NCBI GenBank assembly: GCA_054661495.1
Contig: BAAFSQ010000130.1
Location: 1 to 27,958, forward strand
From: Zygophlyctis sp. KS116
Lineage: Eukaryota; Fungi; Chytridiomycota
DNA length: 27,958 bases
Direction: 5' to 3'
In this document: positions 13,080 to 24,900 of the stretch, one piece after another
Position numbering within the stretch: the first letter of the stretch is position 1
Layout: every line of letters starts with the position of its first letter
Made by a program: the position numbers and the translations under genes
Notes under the pieces: generated by a model
What the model saw: only the letters and a program-made list of their open reading frames with translations
Told to the model about the DNA's origin: nothing
The model's database searches: none

Positions 13080-16000
13080 ATGTTATCCAGTGCGCATTCA
13101 CAGGATTCATCATCTATTGCTACATATGTGGCGTATGCAGGGAAACCAGTTAAACAGGGATGGGTGTATAAAAAGTCTGCTTCTTTTATGCGCGGGTGGT
13201 GTCCAAAATACCTGGTGTTGTATCCTGCGTCCGCGTCTCAAGGAGCGTGTCTGATGGTCTATGATCAATGCGATCAAAGTAAACTGCCAAGGTATAATAT
13301 TCCTTTGGCTTCAGCTCAATTGGAATTAAAGGATGAATACAAGATTGTATTTAAATTTCCTGTTTTTAAAAAGAAATTATTAAGTTTATTTATAGTCAAA
13401 AAAGGCTCGAAAGAGGTATGTAAAAGTTTTTTAATTCTTTCGCGGTTTTAAAGGCTAATAGTAGTTTATTCTTGCGTCTAATACGCGATTGGAAAGGGAT
13501 GATTGGTGTTCTGTGATTAATACTTGGATGAATCCGGGGTATCAATTGGTTAAGCAAGGGACATTGGTAGATATGATGGCAGAATCACATCTTTTATCAG
13601 ACTCTCCTTCTAAAATGACTTTTGTTGGGAAGGCGTCAAGGCAGAGAATGAGGACTGATGATGATGCAGTTTCGACTTATTCTGCTGTTACTTTTGGGGA
13701 ATCAGTCAAAGATTCCGAAGATTCAATGAGTATTGGATCTAGGTTAGAGACTCTAGTAAGTACAAGACACGAATTATGCTCGCTTTTTAAAAGTAATCTA
13801 ATCATAGTCATTCTGTTCTGAGCCAGTTCTTAGTCCTGAAGAATTAAATGCAATGGGAAAAGATGATACAGATGCTTTTGTAAATGATTTAAATAGAAAA
13901 GAGACAATTTTAAAAAGAAAACAAGGTATTTAGATTTTAATTTACAAATAGCTGTAGAAGATGAAAAAATAACTGATTGTACATTTTTTTGACTTAATTT
14001 TTAAGATGATTGGAATGAAAGATATCAGGCTTTGATTTCTCAAAATGCAGATTCAGATGATGCAGGACTGCATAAAGGTATTTCATAAATTAAAGCTTAT
14101 TTAAAAAGATGTACAGCTTTTAGAACTGATTGGGGAATTCAAGGAGGCCGCTTCTGACGTTGCAAAGGATATTATTGATACGTATCACTCTAAGAAAAGG
14201 TTTAAAGATGGAATAGATGATGGGGATCGTTTTCCGTTTGGTTCGAGAAAATATATTCCAAAAGTATATCATAAAGGAATAATTTTTCAATTCGCATGCG
14301 ATTATCATGGTATTTTCCAATTTTTCTAATTGGGTAGAAGCTTCATTTGAAGAGATTGCCTCTGCTGTCAATAGATTCTCTCATGAGCTCAAGTCTATTG
14401 ATATTTTGACTAGAGCAATATCTACAACTCCAGAAGTTTACATTAAGATATTCACGTCTCTTGTTGCTTTAGTGGATTATAAAGGATTTAGAATAGTTGC
14501 TTATGCTGATTCAAAATTGAAGGATGAGGTAAGATCATAGCGAAATTCTAAGAAAATAGTACATTATTCTAGATTACCTAGCTGAATATCCGAAAACACA
14601 TGATGAACTAAATGATTCTCTCATCAAATGTGGAAAACAGTTAAACTTAAAAAATCACATTGTTCAGCTCAATCGTGGGCGCAGAGTTCCCATCGCATTT
14701 AACATCGAGACTGAAGCGTTTATGGCAAAAGATTCCTTCTTTATATCCAATTTGTCAAGTTTGCTCCCCCTGGATAGCTCTTATGATGGAATTTTGGCAA
14801 CTGATAGCTCCCCTTCAAAATCTATTAGTCCTGCTCAGTACGATGCCCTTGCAGAAGAAAATTATTTGACGAATCCATCAAAGCGATTAAGGCCAGAATA
14901 CGTCGCTTCATTCGGGCAAGCTTTAGCTTCAAACGGTTTAACCGTTCATTCGGCTGCAACAAAATCCGCCAAACTAGAAAATGATATTGAGCTATTAAAG
15001 GCAGGGAGATATTTAAGAGAAAATTGGATTCCTGCTTTTGTAAAACAGTTAGATGAATTGGAAACTCGTCCAATTGATTCCCCCACACTGACGGTCGAAA
15101 TGCACAGAAACGGCGTAAATGTGCGCTATTTAGGTAATACATAGTTCTTATCATGAAAAAGGGATAATTGCAAAACTCTCAAACTTGCCCCATATTAGAA
15201 ATTTGGCTTGTATTGAAATGATAGGTCGAGCTTTCAAGCATATTTTTAATGCAAAGCTTCGTTCAGCAATTATTCATTTTAAGTCCGTAGGAGCTACATT
15301 AATCGACGAAGAAATGAAAAGCTATGCTGTTTTATCATTTTCTCTGATTTTATCGAAAGGGGAAAAGAATCTTCGTTATTTTGACGAAAAAATCAAAGAG
15401 ATGATATATCAAAAATTTGATTACACAATGGACTACAATTGCTTCTTTAACCTACATAAACCTGCCCTCTTCAAGGCTCTTCAATATCATGTATTATGTT
15501 TATATTTTATAATTTAGTGCGGAGTGCTATTCGAAGATTCGACGGATTATAGTTTTGGATCTCTGAATCCTATATCAAAACAAAAATTTATTAGATTTGA
15601 AAGCAAAGTGAAAACATTATCTGGAATTCCTAGAATCATACAAGTAGAATCAACCAAATCTCGATCTAAATACAGAAACATTAGTGAAGATGAGCAAATG
15701 GCTTATCAACTAGCCAGATATTTCAAATCTCGAGGTCCAAAGTCGAAACTCAATAAATCAGATTCATCAGCATACGCTTTAAACAAAATCGCCGCTTATT
15801 ATTGTGAAAAGGCAAGGTACGAAGAGGCGAAAATGTATGCTCAAGCAGCACTCTCAACTTGCAGCAGAAACTCATGCTTGGTTGGAATTGCCAAAGCTAT
15901 CTGCTTTCATTCTTCGGCAGCGATGCAACCAAATATAGTACTTGGTCCGGGCTCAGATATATTATCCCTTTACCAATCCGCGATCAATTCCATGCAATGG

Positions 16001-17037
16001 CATTGTGGATCAGGCCACCCACTAATTATGGCAGTACATGATCGACTTGCATCACTGTATATAAAGGCAAAGAATTTTGAGCAGGCTCTTGAAGTCCATG
16101 ATATCAGCTTGGAGATAGCTGAAGTTACTCTTGGAAAGAATCATTCAACAACTGCAGGCTATCTGACCAAGGTAAAAAACTCTATTAATAATATTAGGCC
16201 GGATGCTTGCTTCTTATATTAAGAAGAATTGATGAAGCGATTGATAGACTTAACGAGGCCTTACATATATATAACGGATTGAATGCAGACGCATCTTACA
16301 TATCTGAGGTTCATTATCATTTTGCTGAATGCTTGGAGGAGCGAGGCGATCTTTCTGGTGCTTTATCACACTCTCAAATCTGTAAAAGACTCCGAGAAAA
16401 TGCATTTGGATTAATGGATCCAAGATCAGTCGATTCCTTCCGACAAACCGCACGTATCTTATTGGCACCTTATCGTGAATATCATGGGGTATTAACTCCT
16501 CAAATTAAAAAGGCCTATGCAGAAGCTATATTTTGCCTAGAAAAGGTTTTTAGATATCTTAAAACCGTCAAAGAGTCCCGCAAAGAACGCAAAGCTAACA
16601 AAGGAATGAGAAGATCTGATTCTATGGTAACTCTTGATGGAACTCAGTCTCTTCGACTTCCTTTGGATACTGATCTAGTAAGTCAAGTCAATATTGCTGG
16701 CCCTCTCGTGAGATCGCCATTTGGGCCTTCTCCTCCAATACCCAGAACACTCTTACATCAATTGACACGAAGAATAGTAGGCTTAAAGCTAGCATTGGTC
16801 GACAATCCAAAGCATCGCGAAATTATCAGAACTTTAAGAACCAAATTGTCGAATGAGAGAGAATCATTGGATTCTGAAGATGCCAAAGCAGTTATTTTGC
16901 GTTTGGCAGCAGTCAGCCCCAGTGTTTATTTGGATGGGCTTCTTCAAAGATTAGATGATAATGATGAATGTGCTATTGACGAACTAAAAATTTCATTGAT
17001 GCTTACAGAGCAAGACACAGTGGGACTATCCCGCTAG
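13080..17037 (+). CDS. PH domain + Clu (clustered mitochondria) domain + TPR protein, ~1210 aa, 11 exons
   Basis: PH domain: KQGWVYKK..W..KYLVL..ERDDWCSVI. Clu motifs: DWNERYQ, VDYKGFRIVA, LRPEYV, IPAFV, PIDSPTLTVEMHRNGVNVRYLG, EMIGRAFKHIF. Kinesin-light-chain-like TPRs: G..HP, LGKNHSTTA, FGLMDPRS. Introns at 13416-13464, 13756-13807, 13926-13951, 13979-14005, 14078-14108, 14310-14337, 14529-14559, 15134-15161, 15491-15517 and 16172-16197. The start is uncertain (ATG 13034 plus a 22-nt intron would also be in frame). Confidence 0.82.
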
Positions 17038-17140
17038 GTTACTGAATAGCTGAATAAATAAATATTGGGTGATTTTGATATTTATTACATCTTAGTAAAT
17101 CATATGCATGCAGTATCAATTATAAGTATTCAAAAAATTA

Positions 17141-20100
17141 TTAACCCGACTTGAGAATAGCATTTGCCAAACTCGAATCTTGTACAGCTCGAGGAAAGCT
17201 ACAATACTGATGGGTATTAATTTTAAAACCAATTACCTTATCACTAACTGCTGTCACCGTAAAGATCCCTTCTTGTTGTGTGCTGATTGAATAACGGAAA
17301 GTCTCGATATTTGAAACAGAGAATGAGTCACTTTGTTTGTCTTCACCGATTTCGGATCGACTCCAGGAAATTGAGAATGGAGGCGTCCCTTTAAATTCCA
17401 CTAACATTACGCTCTCCTCACCTTCACGAATATCTTCGACTATGTCCTCCCCACCATCGACAATCGCTGAAGGGATGTCCTTAATATCAACAATAGATGT
17501 TCCAGAAGATTGTGCGCAACACATCATTGAGTTACAAATTTTATCAATAGAAAGTATACCAGGTTCGGCTGCAAAAAGAGTTAATATGGGATCAGTAACC
17601 ACCAGGTCTTTCATGGCAATGCCATTCCAAGAATACCCAATAGTAAAAGGTGCTGTTCCTTGAAGACCATAAGTTAGCATATCTCCTACACATAAAACAC
17701 TCGGGTTATTGGAAATGACTTTTGCTTGATCAACAATGTGGATAGAAATCGATTTCAAAGAGTCCAGACCTGGAGAATCGTTTTGATAGTGTACTTCGCA
17801 AGACGTAGAATCTTGAATTGAAATTATATCAAAGGTATATGAACCGATCAACAGAATTTTCTCGGGTTCATATTGAAAGATACGAGAACCATTTTTTACA
17901 AGAAGACTTTCATCATCAACAGCAATTGAGAATCTTTCTATTTCTCCATGATCGTATTTCTTCTGCAAATTAAGCACAAATGGAGCAATGCCAGTCAATT
18001 TGATCGGCAACACAACCTCTCCCGGCTTCTCAGATAAGCAATGAAAGGTGATATCTTGATTATCCACAAATTCAGCTGTCGGGGCTGCATCTACTCTTTG
18101 TTCTATCGAGAGACTATTACCAAGCCGTATGGGCGTATCATAGTTTGAGTCTGTTATTGAAAGAAAATGGTATGTATTAGTTCCTGGATTTGCACTTTCC
18201 AAATAAATATATCCCGTATACTCACGTGAATTTTCATCGAATACTTGTGGTTGGCTAATGACTTGCTTTTTTTCAGATATATTGCTCGGATCTCCTCCCA
18301 TCTGAGTAAAATTATGGATATAAAATATCGTAAAGGGCGGACTTCCTTGTATCTTGATCTGTAGAAAATCTTGTGAACCAACACAAATTGGAGGTTTTAA
18401 GTTTTCACAACCCATTATTGAGAACGTTGGTTTAGGAATCCAAAAAACTATGTTTTTATGTAATTTAATCTTACCACTTATTTGATTTGGTTCTAAAACG
18501 ATTCCTCTACAGAATGAATCATGGATACTAGTCAGCTGATATTGATTTGGGGATTCAACAACAATAGCAGTAAGATTTTGGCTTGGTCCAGACATCTTGA
18601 ATTCCTCCAATGGGGCGTCTGTCTTAACATATGTAATTTCAACTTCTCCTCTAAAAATTATAAGCATCTACAAAATACCTTCCAGATACAGTTAAAGGCA
18701 GATCAGCCATAGAGTTTTCTCGAAAGAAAACAGGCCGCTCTGATGAGAATGAAACAGCTGGTCGATGGGGTAAAACTTCTATTGATAAATCCTGCGAATC
18801 CAAAAGCTTTGAACAACCGTTCGAATCAGTTACCTCTGTTATAATTACTTTTTAATCAAATACCTGCCAAGCTAAAAACATGCAGGCCACTTTTCAATAA
18901 AGGTGGCGTATCAATTGTAATTTTTTGCTTAAAAATGTCTCGCATAGAATATTGCTTCTTATACTGATCATGCATAATTTCGTAAGATAGAGACCATGGA
19001 CCTGAGCCCTCAAAAACAACTGATACACGGGCAGAATCATTCAAGCACTTGATTTGTTGTGATTTAAGAGTGATTGACGCAGAAGGAAATGAGTGAATTA
19101 CTTGAGTTATAGGCGGCAGGTTCAAAGAAATCCCGTCCTTATATATAGCATCTCCAATCTATTCATAAATTTCAAATAATTAAAACCTTCAAAAATGAGT
19201 ATCTGTACGTGCCATTTCCTTCTGATGGCTCAAATCTCATTACATGCCTCGATTTTAAATTTTTGAATCTGTCTAATCGTTTAATACCAGTCTGAAGAAG
19301 CTCCTGTTGTACATCTATCCAGAATGGCGGATCTCCGGTAAAGCTAAGATTCGCAGTCAATCCGATAGCCCCGATACATGCAGATTCGATTGGAGTTGAA
19401 GCTATCGATAGTGTCGGAGGGAAATTTGCTATCACATCACACTTTGACGGTTCAATAATATTTCCCTTACAGAAAGAATCATGAATATCTGTCAATATAT
19501 ATGTGCCTGGAAAAGCTGCTTCTATAAACTTTTTGTCAGTTTCATATTCAAATGATTCTGGCTTGACTTCATCTTCCTGCTCAACCCTGTACTTAATTTT
19601 AAACGATCCATCCCCAGAAATCTTTAAAGGTAACTGTAAACTTTCTATATGTTTCTGTCCATGTGGATCCATTTTAATCTTTTGTGAAGATTCACAATTT
19701 GAAAATTGAACATTGGGTAATGATCTTGCAGATATTTCAAAATCTGGAAGAGAATCTAAAACAAAATATGAAGACTTTGATACTATTGACGGCAAAAAGG
19801 TTTTTAAATCATCATTTGTACCATAATCAATCGTATTTTGATTTCCATCAGAGACTCGTAAAATACTCAGTTTCCAATCATTTAACTTTTGGATTTGAAT
19901 TTTCACAGTAGTTGAAAAAGTACCTGCTCCATCTTCTCTTGAACCAATTGATAAAAGATCTACTACTGAAGGAGAAGAATCGTATTTTTTAGATATCCAT
20001 ATACTTAGCGGTGGTATCCCTTGTAGAATAATATCAATATTAATTGATGATTGTAAACAAACATCCCTTTTAAGATCCAAACTCTTCCATTTAGCAACTG

Positions 20101-20758
20101 GACATTTAACAATTTCAGCAAATGATGGAATTATTTTCCCTAAATCTCCTGTTTTAACTTCATAAATTGCTGAAATTTCGAATTTCCCAAGTCTATTTAC
20201 TTGCAAAGAATAAGATTTAGATCCAATCTTTCGAGCATTTTCAGGATCCGTCAGGTTTGATGAATCAACAGTCAAGTTAAATTTAGAATCCAGATCATCC
20301 CGAGAATTCTTAAATTCAATGATCCATGGGGGATTTCCCTTGATCAAAACATTCAACCTTGGAAATACATCTATACTTGCACAGTAGGCAGAAGCATTAG
20401 GATTTAATTTCACTATAGTTGGTGGTCTTACATGCACTTGATGCGAGCCAATAATATTCCCCTCAAAAACTTTATGACTCTCTTTAACATGAGATTTTAC
20501 CTGATGATCAAGACTTGTTTGGCTCCCTAAGAGCCCCATATTCAAGATCCAAGATCCAAGAATCAATAGCAAAGTGCCACATCTGGACATCCTCATCCAT
20601 GGAATATCTGCCCGATAAAGTGCCACAAAATACAACAAATCCAAAAAACAAGAAATTCCAAATTGTTGAACATCTGAAGATAGTAAAAGAGGAACTTTAA
20701 CAGCCCAAATGATAACAAAAAAAGCAGCCGCTAATCTTCTCTGAGACACCGAATCCAT
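17141..20758 (-). CDS. POM152: Nuclear pore membrane protein Pom152-like, ~1167 aa, 5 exons
   Basis: N-terminal hydrophobic segments (..IPWMR..), then IIGSHQVHVRPP and LNP..YC. Repeated lumenal Ig-like units carry G.PP(W/F) and I.D..C.G motifs; C-terminus VSDKYC. Introns at 19159-19186, 18836-18863, 18651-18678 and 17207-17236. First ATG at 20758. Confidence 0.85.
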
Positions 20759-20829
20759 CAAACGTTTTTGTACGGTATGGGCAGTGTCTATGGTCAATAT
20801 TTGCGTAAATGAGGATATTATAACTTCAA

Positions 20830-21930
20830 TTAATTCTTTTTTCTAGATAAATCTGCTAAACTTGGTCCATTGCCTTTTGCTGTGAATGATCCAAGAGAAT
20901 CTAAATTCACGAGGTTAGAGTATGGATCCTTTTTAATCTCTGTTTTAACTGGTACAACTTGCGTAGACTTGATTGGCTGTGTAATCTGTAAATTCTTAAA
21001 ATCTGCAAAATTTCCAAAATCATTGTTTGCTTGAATAGGAGAAACTTGAGTTTTTTCTAAAGGTGAAGCTGAAGCCACTGTAAATTCTAGTTTTTCTAAA
21101 GGTGAAGCTGAAGCCACTGTAAATTCTCCCCAATCATCCCCATCACTATTAAGAACTGAAGTTGTGATTAAAGTAGGATTTATATTAGATTTAGATGAAT
21201 TATTTTGAAAGCTAGGAGTTTCATCAAAATCTAATAAATTGACTTCTTGAACTGGAGGTGGAGGAGATTTTTCCCTCTTTACAGACTTTTGAGAAATTTT
21301 TGGCTGATCAGACTGTACTTTATACTTTTCAAATTCATCAAACCCTCCAGTATTATCTGATTTTGTATTATGAAATGAAAAATTATTGTTTTTTGAAGCA
21401 AAAGAATTTCCTGAAAAAGAAACTCCTGATGAAGATACTCCCGTGTATTTTGATTTGTTTTCCTTGGCTTTGATCCTATCTTGCTGTAATTTTGAGTTAT
21501 CATGTACCAATTCTAAAATCTCTTTGGCCCTGACCCTGACATTTAGGCCCTGATCCTTCCCCTTATCATCAATGTAATGAAATGATTCTAATTGACTGAT
21601 GTCTCTGGCATGTGTTTTTACAGAATCTATAACACTATCTGAACCATTTTTTAAAAGAAATTCTATTAATTGCAAAGATTTGTATACTTTTCTCCATTCT
21701 GTATTAGATGATTCTTCCAATCTCTTGTAAATTGTAGTCATAATTTCATTAAAATGATGAAAGTGAAAAGTGGCAGAAGAAATTTCATTCATTAGGGTAG
21801 AAGATGCTCCCCATGGGTCATTATTCGTGGCATCTCTTACCTTGACTTCATATTCTGTATAATTCATGACTGCATTCTTGACCTTGTTGAATACTTGAGT
21901 TACAGAGTCAAAATCAAAATTAAAATCCAT
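20830..21930 (-). CDS. ENT3: ENTH-domain epsin-related protein (Ent3/epsinR), 366 aa, intronless
   Basis: ENTH domain: KVKNAVMNYTEYEVKVRDATNNDPWG, WRKVYKSLQLIEFL, GKDQGLNVR. The tail has clathrin boxes (LLDFD, LVNLD) and gamma-ear-type motifs (DWGEF, DFGNF) and no NPF motifs, favouring Ent3/epsinR over Ent1/2. Confidence 0.87.
   Translation of the reverse strand: MDFNFDFDSVTQVFNKVKNAVMNYTEYEVKVRDATNNDPWGASSTLMNEISSATFHFHHFNEIMTTIYKRLEESSNTEWRKVYKSLQLIEFLLKNGSDSVIDSVKTHARDISQLESFHYIDDKGKDQGLNVRVRAKEILELVHDNSKLQQDRIKAKENKSKYTGVSSSGVSFSGNSFASKNNNFSFHNTKSDNTGGFDEFEKYKVQSDQPKISQKSVKREKSPPPPVQEVNLLDFDETPSFQNNSSKSNINPTLITTSVLNSDGDDWGEFTVASASPLEKLEFTVASASPLEKTQVSPIQANNDFGNFADFKNLQITQPIKSTQVVPVKTEIKKDPYSNLVNLDSLGSFTAKGNGPSLADLSRKKN
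21052..21127. repeat. In-frame tandem duplication (39-nt period, 37 nt identical) within ENT3
   Basis: tttttctaaaggtgaagctgaagccactgtaaattct occurs at 21052-21088 and 21091-21127; it encodes EFTVASASPLEK twice. Confidence 0.95.
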
Positions 21931-21984
21931 TTTCACAACGCCAAATCGCGTCACGAACGCGTCACGTAAAATTTTTCATTTGCA
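21931..21984. promoter_or_regulatory. Putative 54-nt bidirectional promoter with doubled CGCGTCACG
   Basis: This is the only DNA between the ENT3 and TRS85 start codons. CGCGTCACG occurs at 21947-21955 and 21958-21966. Confidence 0.6.
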
Positions 21985-24900
21985 ATGCAAGTTTCATCAT
22001 CAATTTTCTCCCCTCTACTGACTATATACGCTTCAGAAAAAGCTAATGAGGTCGCAAGTGCCAATGGTTTTAATTCATTAGCTGTTTTATTAGAGCCATT
22101 CTTAAATATTCAAGGGAAATTGTCTACTCCTACTTTTACAGTAGAAAATTTTAGTGCAAGGCTATCGTCCTCTAAAGAAAGTTTAGCACGTGGAATAAAT
22201 TTACAAGCCCTGGCTCAGGAATTTGCAATGGACTCGGATTTTACAAAATATCTGCAAAATTTTTTAGGGGTTAGGATTGTGTCTGAACACGAAACCTGGA
22301 ATCATCCTATAGCATCAGTGATTATAGTATCTAGTGCAGATAATGATCCGATGGCCGAAGCTTATTCTTTATACAATGAATCAGTCAATAGATTTAAATC
22401 TCAAGATTTGGAATATTTAAAAGAGGATTTGAAACTGTACATTATTTTACACGATGAAAATAATCCAAATGTAAATGCAGATGCTGTTTTTTCTATATTT
22501 AAAAAGAAATCAAATTTAGTGCATTTGATTAGGTTGAATGGTAGAAAATCTGATTCGGTCAAGGATTATTGGGCTAGAAGCGTTTATGATGAATTGGTTA
22601 GATCTAAATTATCAAGTTTGGAACTTACAACTACATCTTCTCCTACAAAATTGAAGAAAAATTTAGAATTAACTAGTTCTCCATTGTCAAATGATCCTAT
22701 AAATGTTTTACGAGGTCAAAAGGAAGATTATGATCCAAATTTATTTGGAACTTTTCTATCAAAAGAGGATATTCAAGCTATAAAGGTTTGTATGAAAGAT
22801 TTTGTAGCATATCAAGTTGTGACTTTTATGGGGGAACAGATCATAGAATGGGAAAGGGATATTGCTTCTAGTAGAAGAGGAATATCGGCGAGGCTATTAA
22901 AAGTGGGATTAAAATATTTTAATGCTAAAACTGGTCCTACAACAACAACTACTGTGGATTCAACTGGAGCGACAATATTTTCTGCAGATAGTCCAGAGTT
23001 TTTGATGAGAAAATTAGCAGATTATGCATTTATGCTTAAAGATTACAAGTTTGCTGCTTCTACTTATGAAACTCTGAAAAAAGAATTTCAAGGATCGCCA
23101 AAGTATTTGAAATATTATGCTGGAGTGCAAGTATCTAACTGTTTTATTCTTAATAACTAGGAAATGATTGGAATATGTAATCTGATAATAGATTATTCCA
23201 GAATTTCAACCGACTCGATTTTGGAGCAAGTTGTTGCGATTTTTTCTGAAGCAAAGGCACCTTATTTTGCAGAACGTGCAATTTGGATTTTTTATGAACT
23301 TTTCAAGGAAAGGTTACTATTTAAAGAAGCAGCAAGTTTATTGGTCAAACTTGCCGGTGAAGTATGTCTAACTATTTATTGAAATATAGGACTTGGATCT
23401 TAAAAGTTCGCTTTTGTTAGAGCAAGCTGCAAATAGCTACTTAGATTGTTTTCCGTCATTTTCACGAAAGCATACATTCTATTTAATTATTTCCGGAGAC
23501 CGTTTTATTAAGTGTGGATATGTAAATATGAATTTTATTCATTAATTAGAAAAAGCACGGAATTGAGATTTATTTGAAAGTCAATAAGATTTTCTCAGAA
23601 TCTAACTGGGGAGCCATACAAGACCATATTTATTTTACTCTAAGTCGGCAATCATACCATATTGGAAATCATCAAGAAGCCATGAACTACATGATTCAGC
23701 TTATATGCAATCCAAAACGAAGCTCTTCACATCAAAATTTTTATGTTCATGAGTTCCTTTATATTTATAATGTAAATTTTTCATTACTAATAATAACCAG
23801 CTTTACTCAGAGCAAGCAAGTAAGGAAGACTTAGCTCAGCTACCACCAGTGCTTGCCCCCAAGGTTGATTTTAGGAAAATCCTTATCAGCCTACATTGTA
23901 TGCCTGGAAATAAGCCCGAGTTGAAACATCTCATATCAAAGCGATCACAATTCTTTGGCACTGTCCAACATGACAAGCATGAATGGGAGAGACTGCAAAA
24001 GCGTCTTTTGACTGAGGGCTATCCTAATATTCCTCTAAGCGACTTCACTATCTCTAATCAAGAAGTGAAATCAGCCAAAGGAAGGTTTGTTGGTGTAGTT
24101 GGAGGTATTACTACTAAAAATAACTTTAGAACCTGTATATTTTACTTTTGATTGGGTTAATACGCTGAATGTTCCGCTTCCAATCAATAATATATTTTTG
24201 GAGTGCGAACTAGACGGGAAAGGAATCGATCAATCTATATGGCCTCTAAGCCCTGCTTCAAAATCGGTCAGCAAACTAGAATGTCCCTTTTTTGAAGTTA
24301 CAGTTACTCTGGATTCCTCTCTGGATGCTTGCCAATCTCAAACAGTAGTTTCGTATGAAATTAACAATAGGTCGAATTACGTATTTTACCAAAGGTGAGA
24401 GGTGAAATCCGTGTGAAGAATTTGAGGTATCTTCTCTTTGGTGTTTTTCCGACATACTTTCCTCTTAAAAAACGATTTACTGTCAAAGGCAAGCCTGTAG
24501 AAGAAGAAATTTTGCTAGATATAAGATCGCCCATGCCTGTCTTGAATGTAACAATCAAGTCTCTCCCGGAAAATCTAATGGCTGGACAGCTTTTCACGAC
24601 TTATATAGAGGCGAAAAATACAGGTGGACGTGATATGTCATGTTTGAAGGTCATGTTAAGCCATCCCCAAATATTTTATTTTGGAGATAATATTGATTTG
24701 CGTTGTGAAACTCAAGAAATTCCTAATTCCATCAATATGAATAATTCTTTGGAAAATAGCTCATTGTTAAGTTTGGACTTGGTGGATTCTGGAGGGATCT
24801 TAAAAGTTGGAGAAACAGTGCATATTCCTTTGCAAATTCGTGCAGAAGAGATTGGCCTCCAAAACTGCAAGTTTATGTTTGGATATTCAACATTGGTAAA

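Noticed and set aside
13416-13807. Nested (twin) or recursive intron explanation for the two double-length introns
   Set aside because: Removing the candidate internal introns leaves 15- and 18-nt outer introns, below the 23-nt minimum seen in this window.
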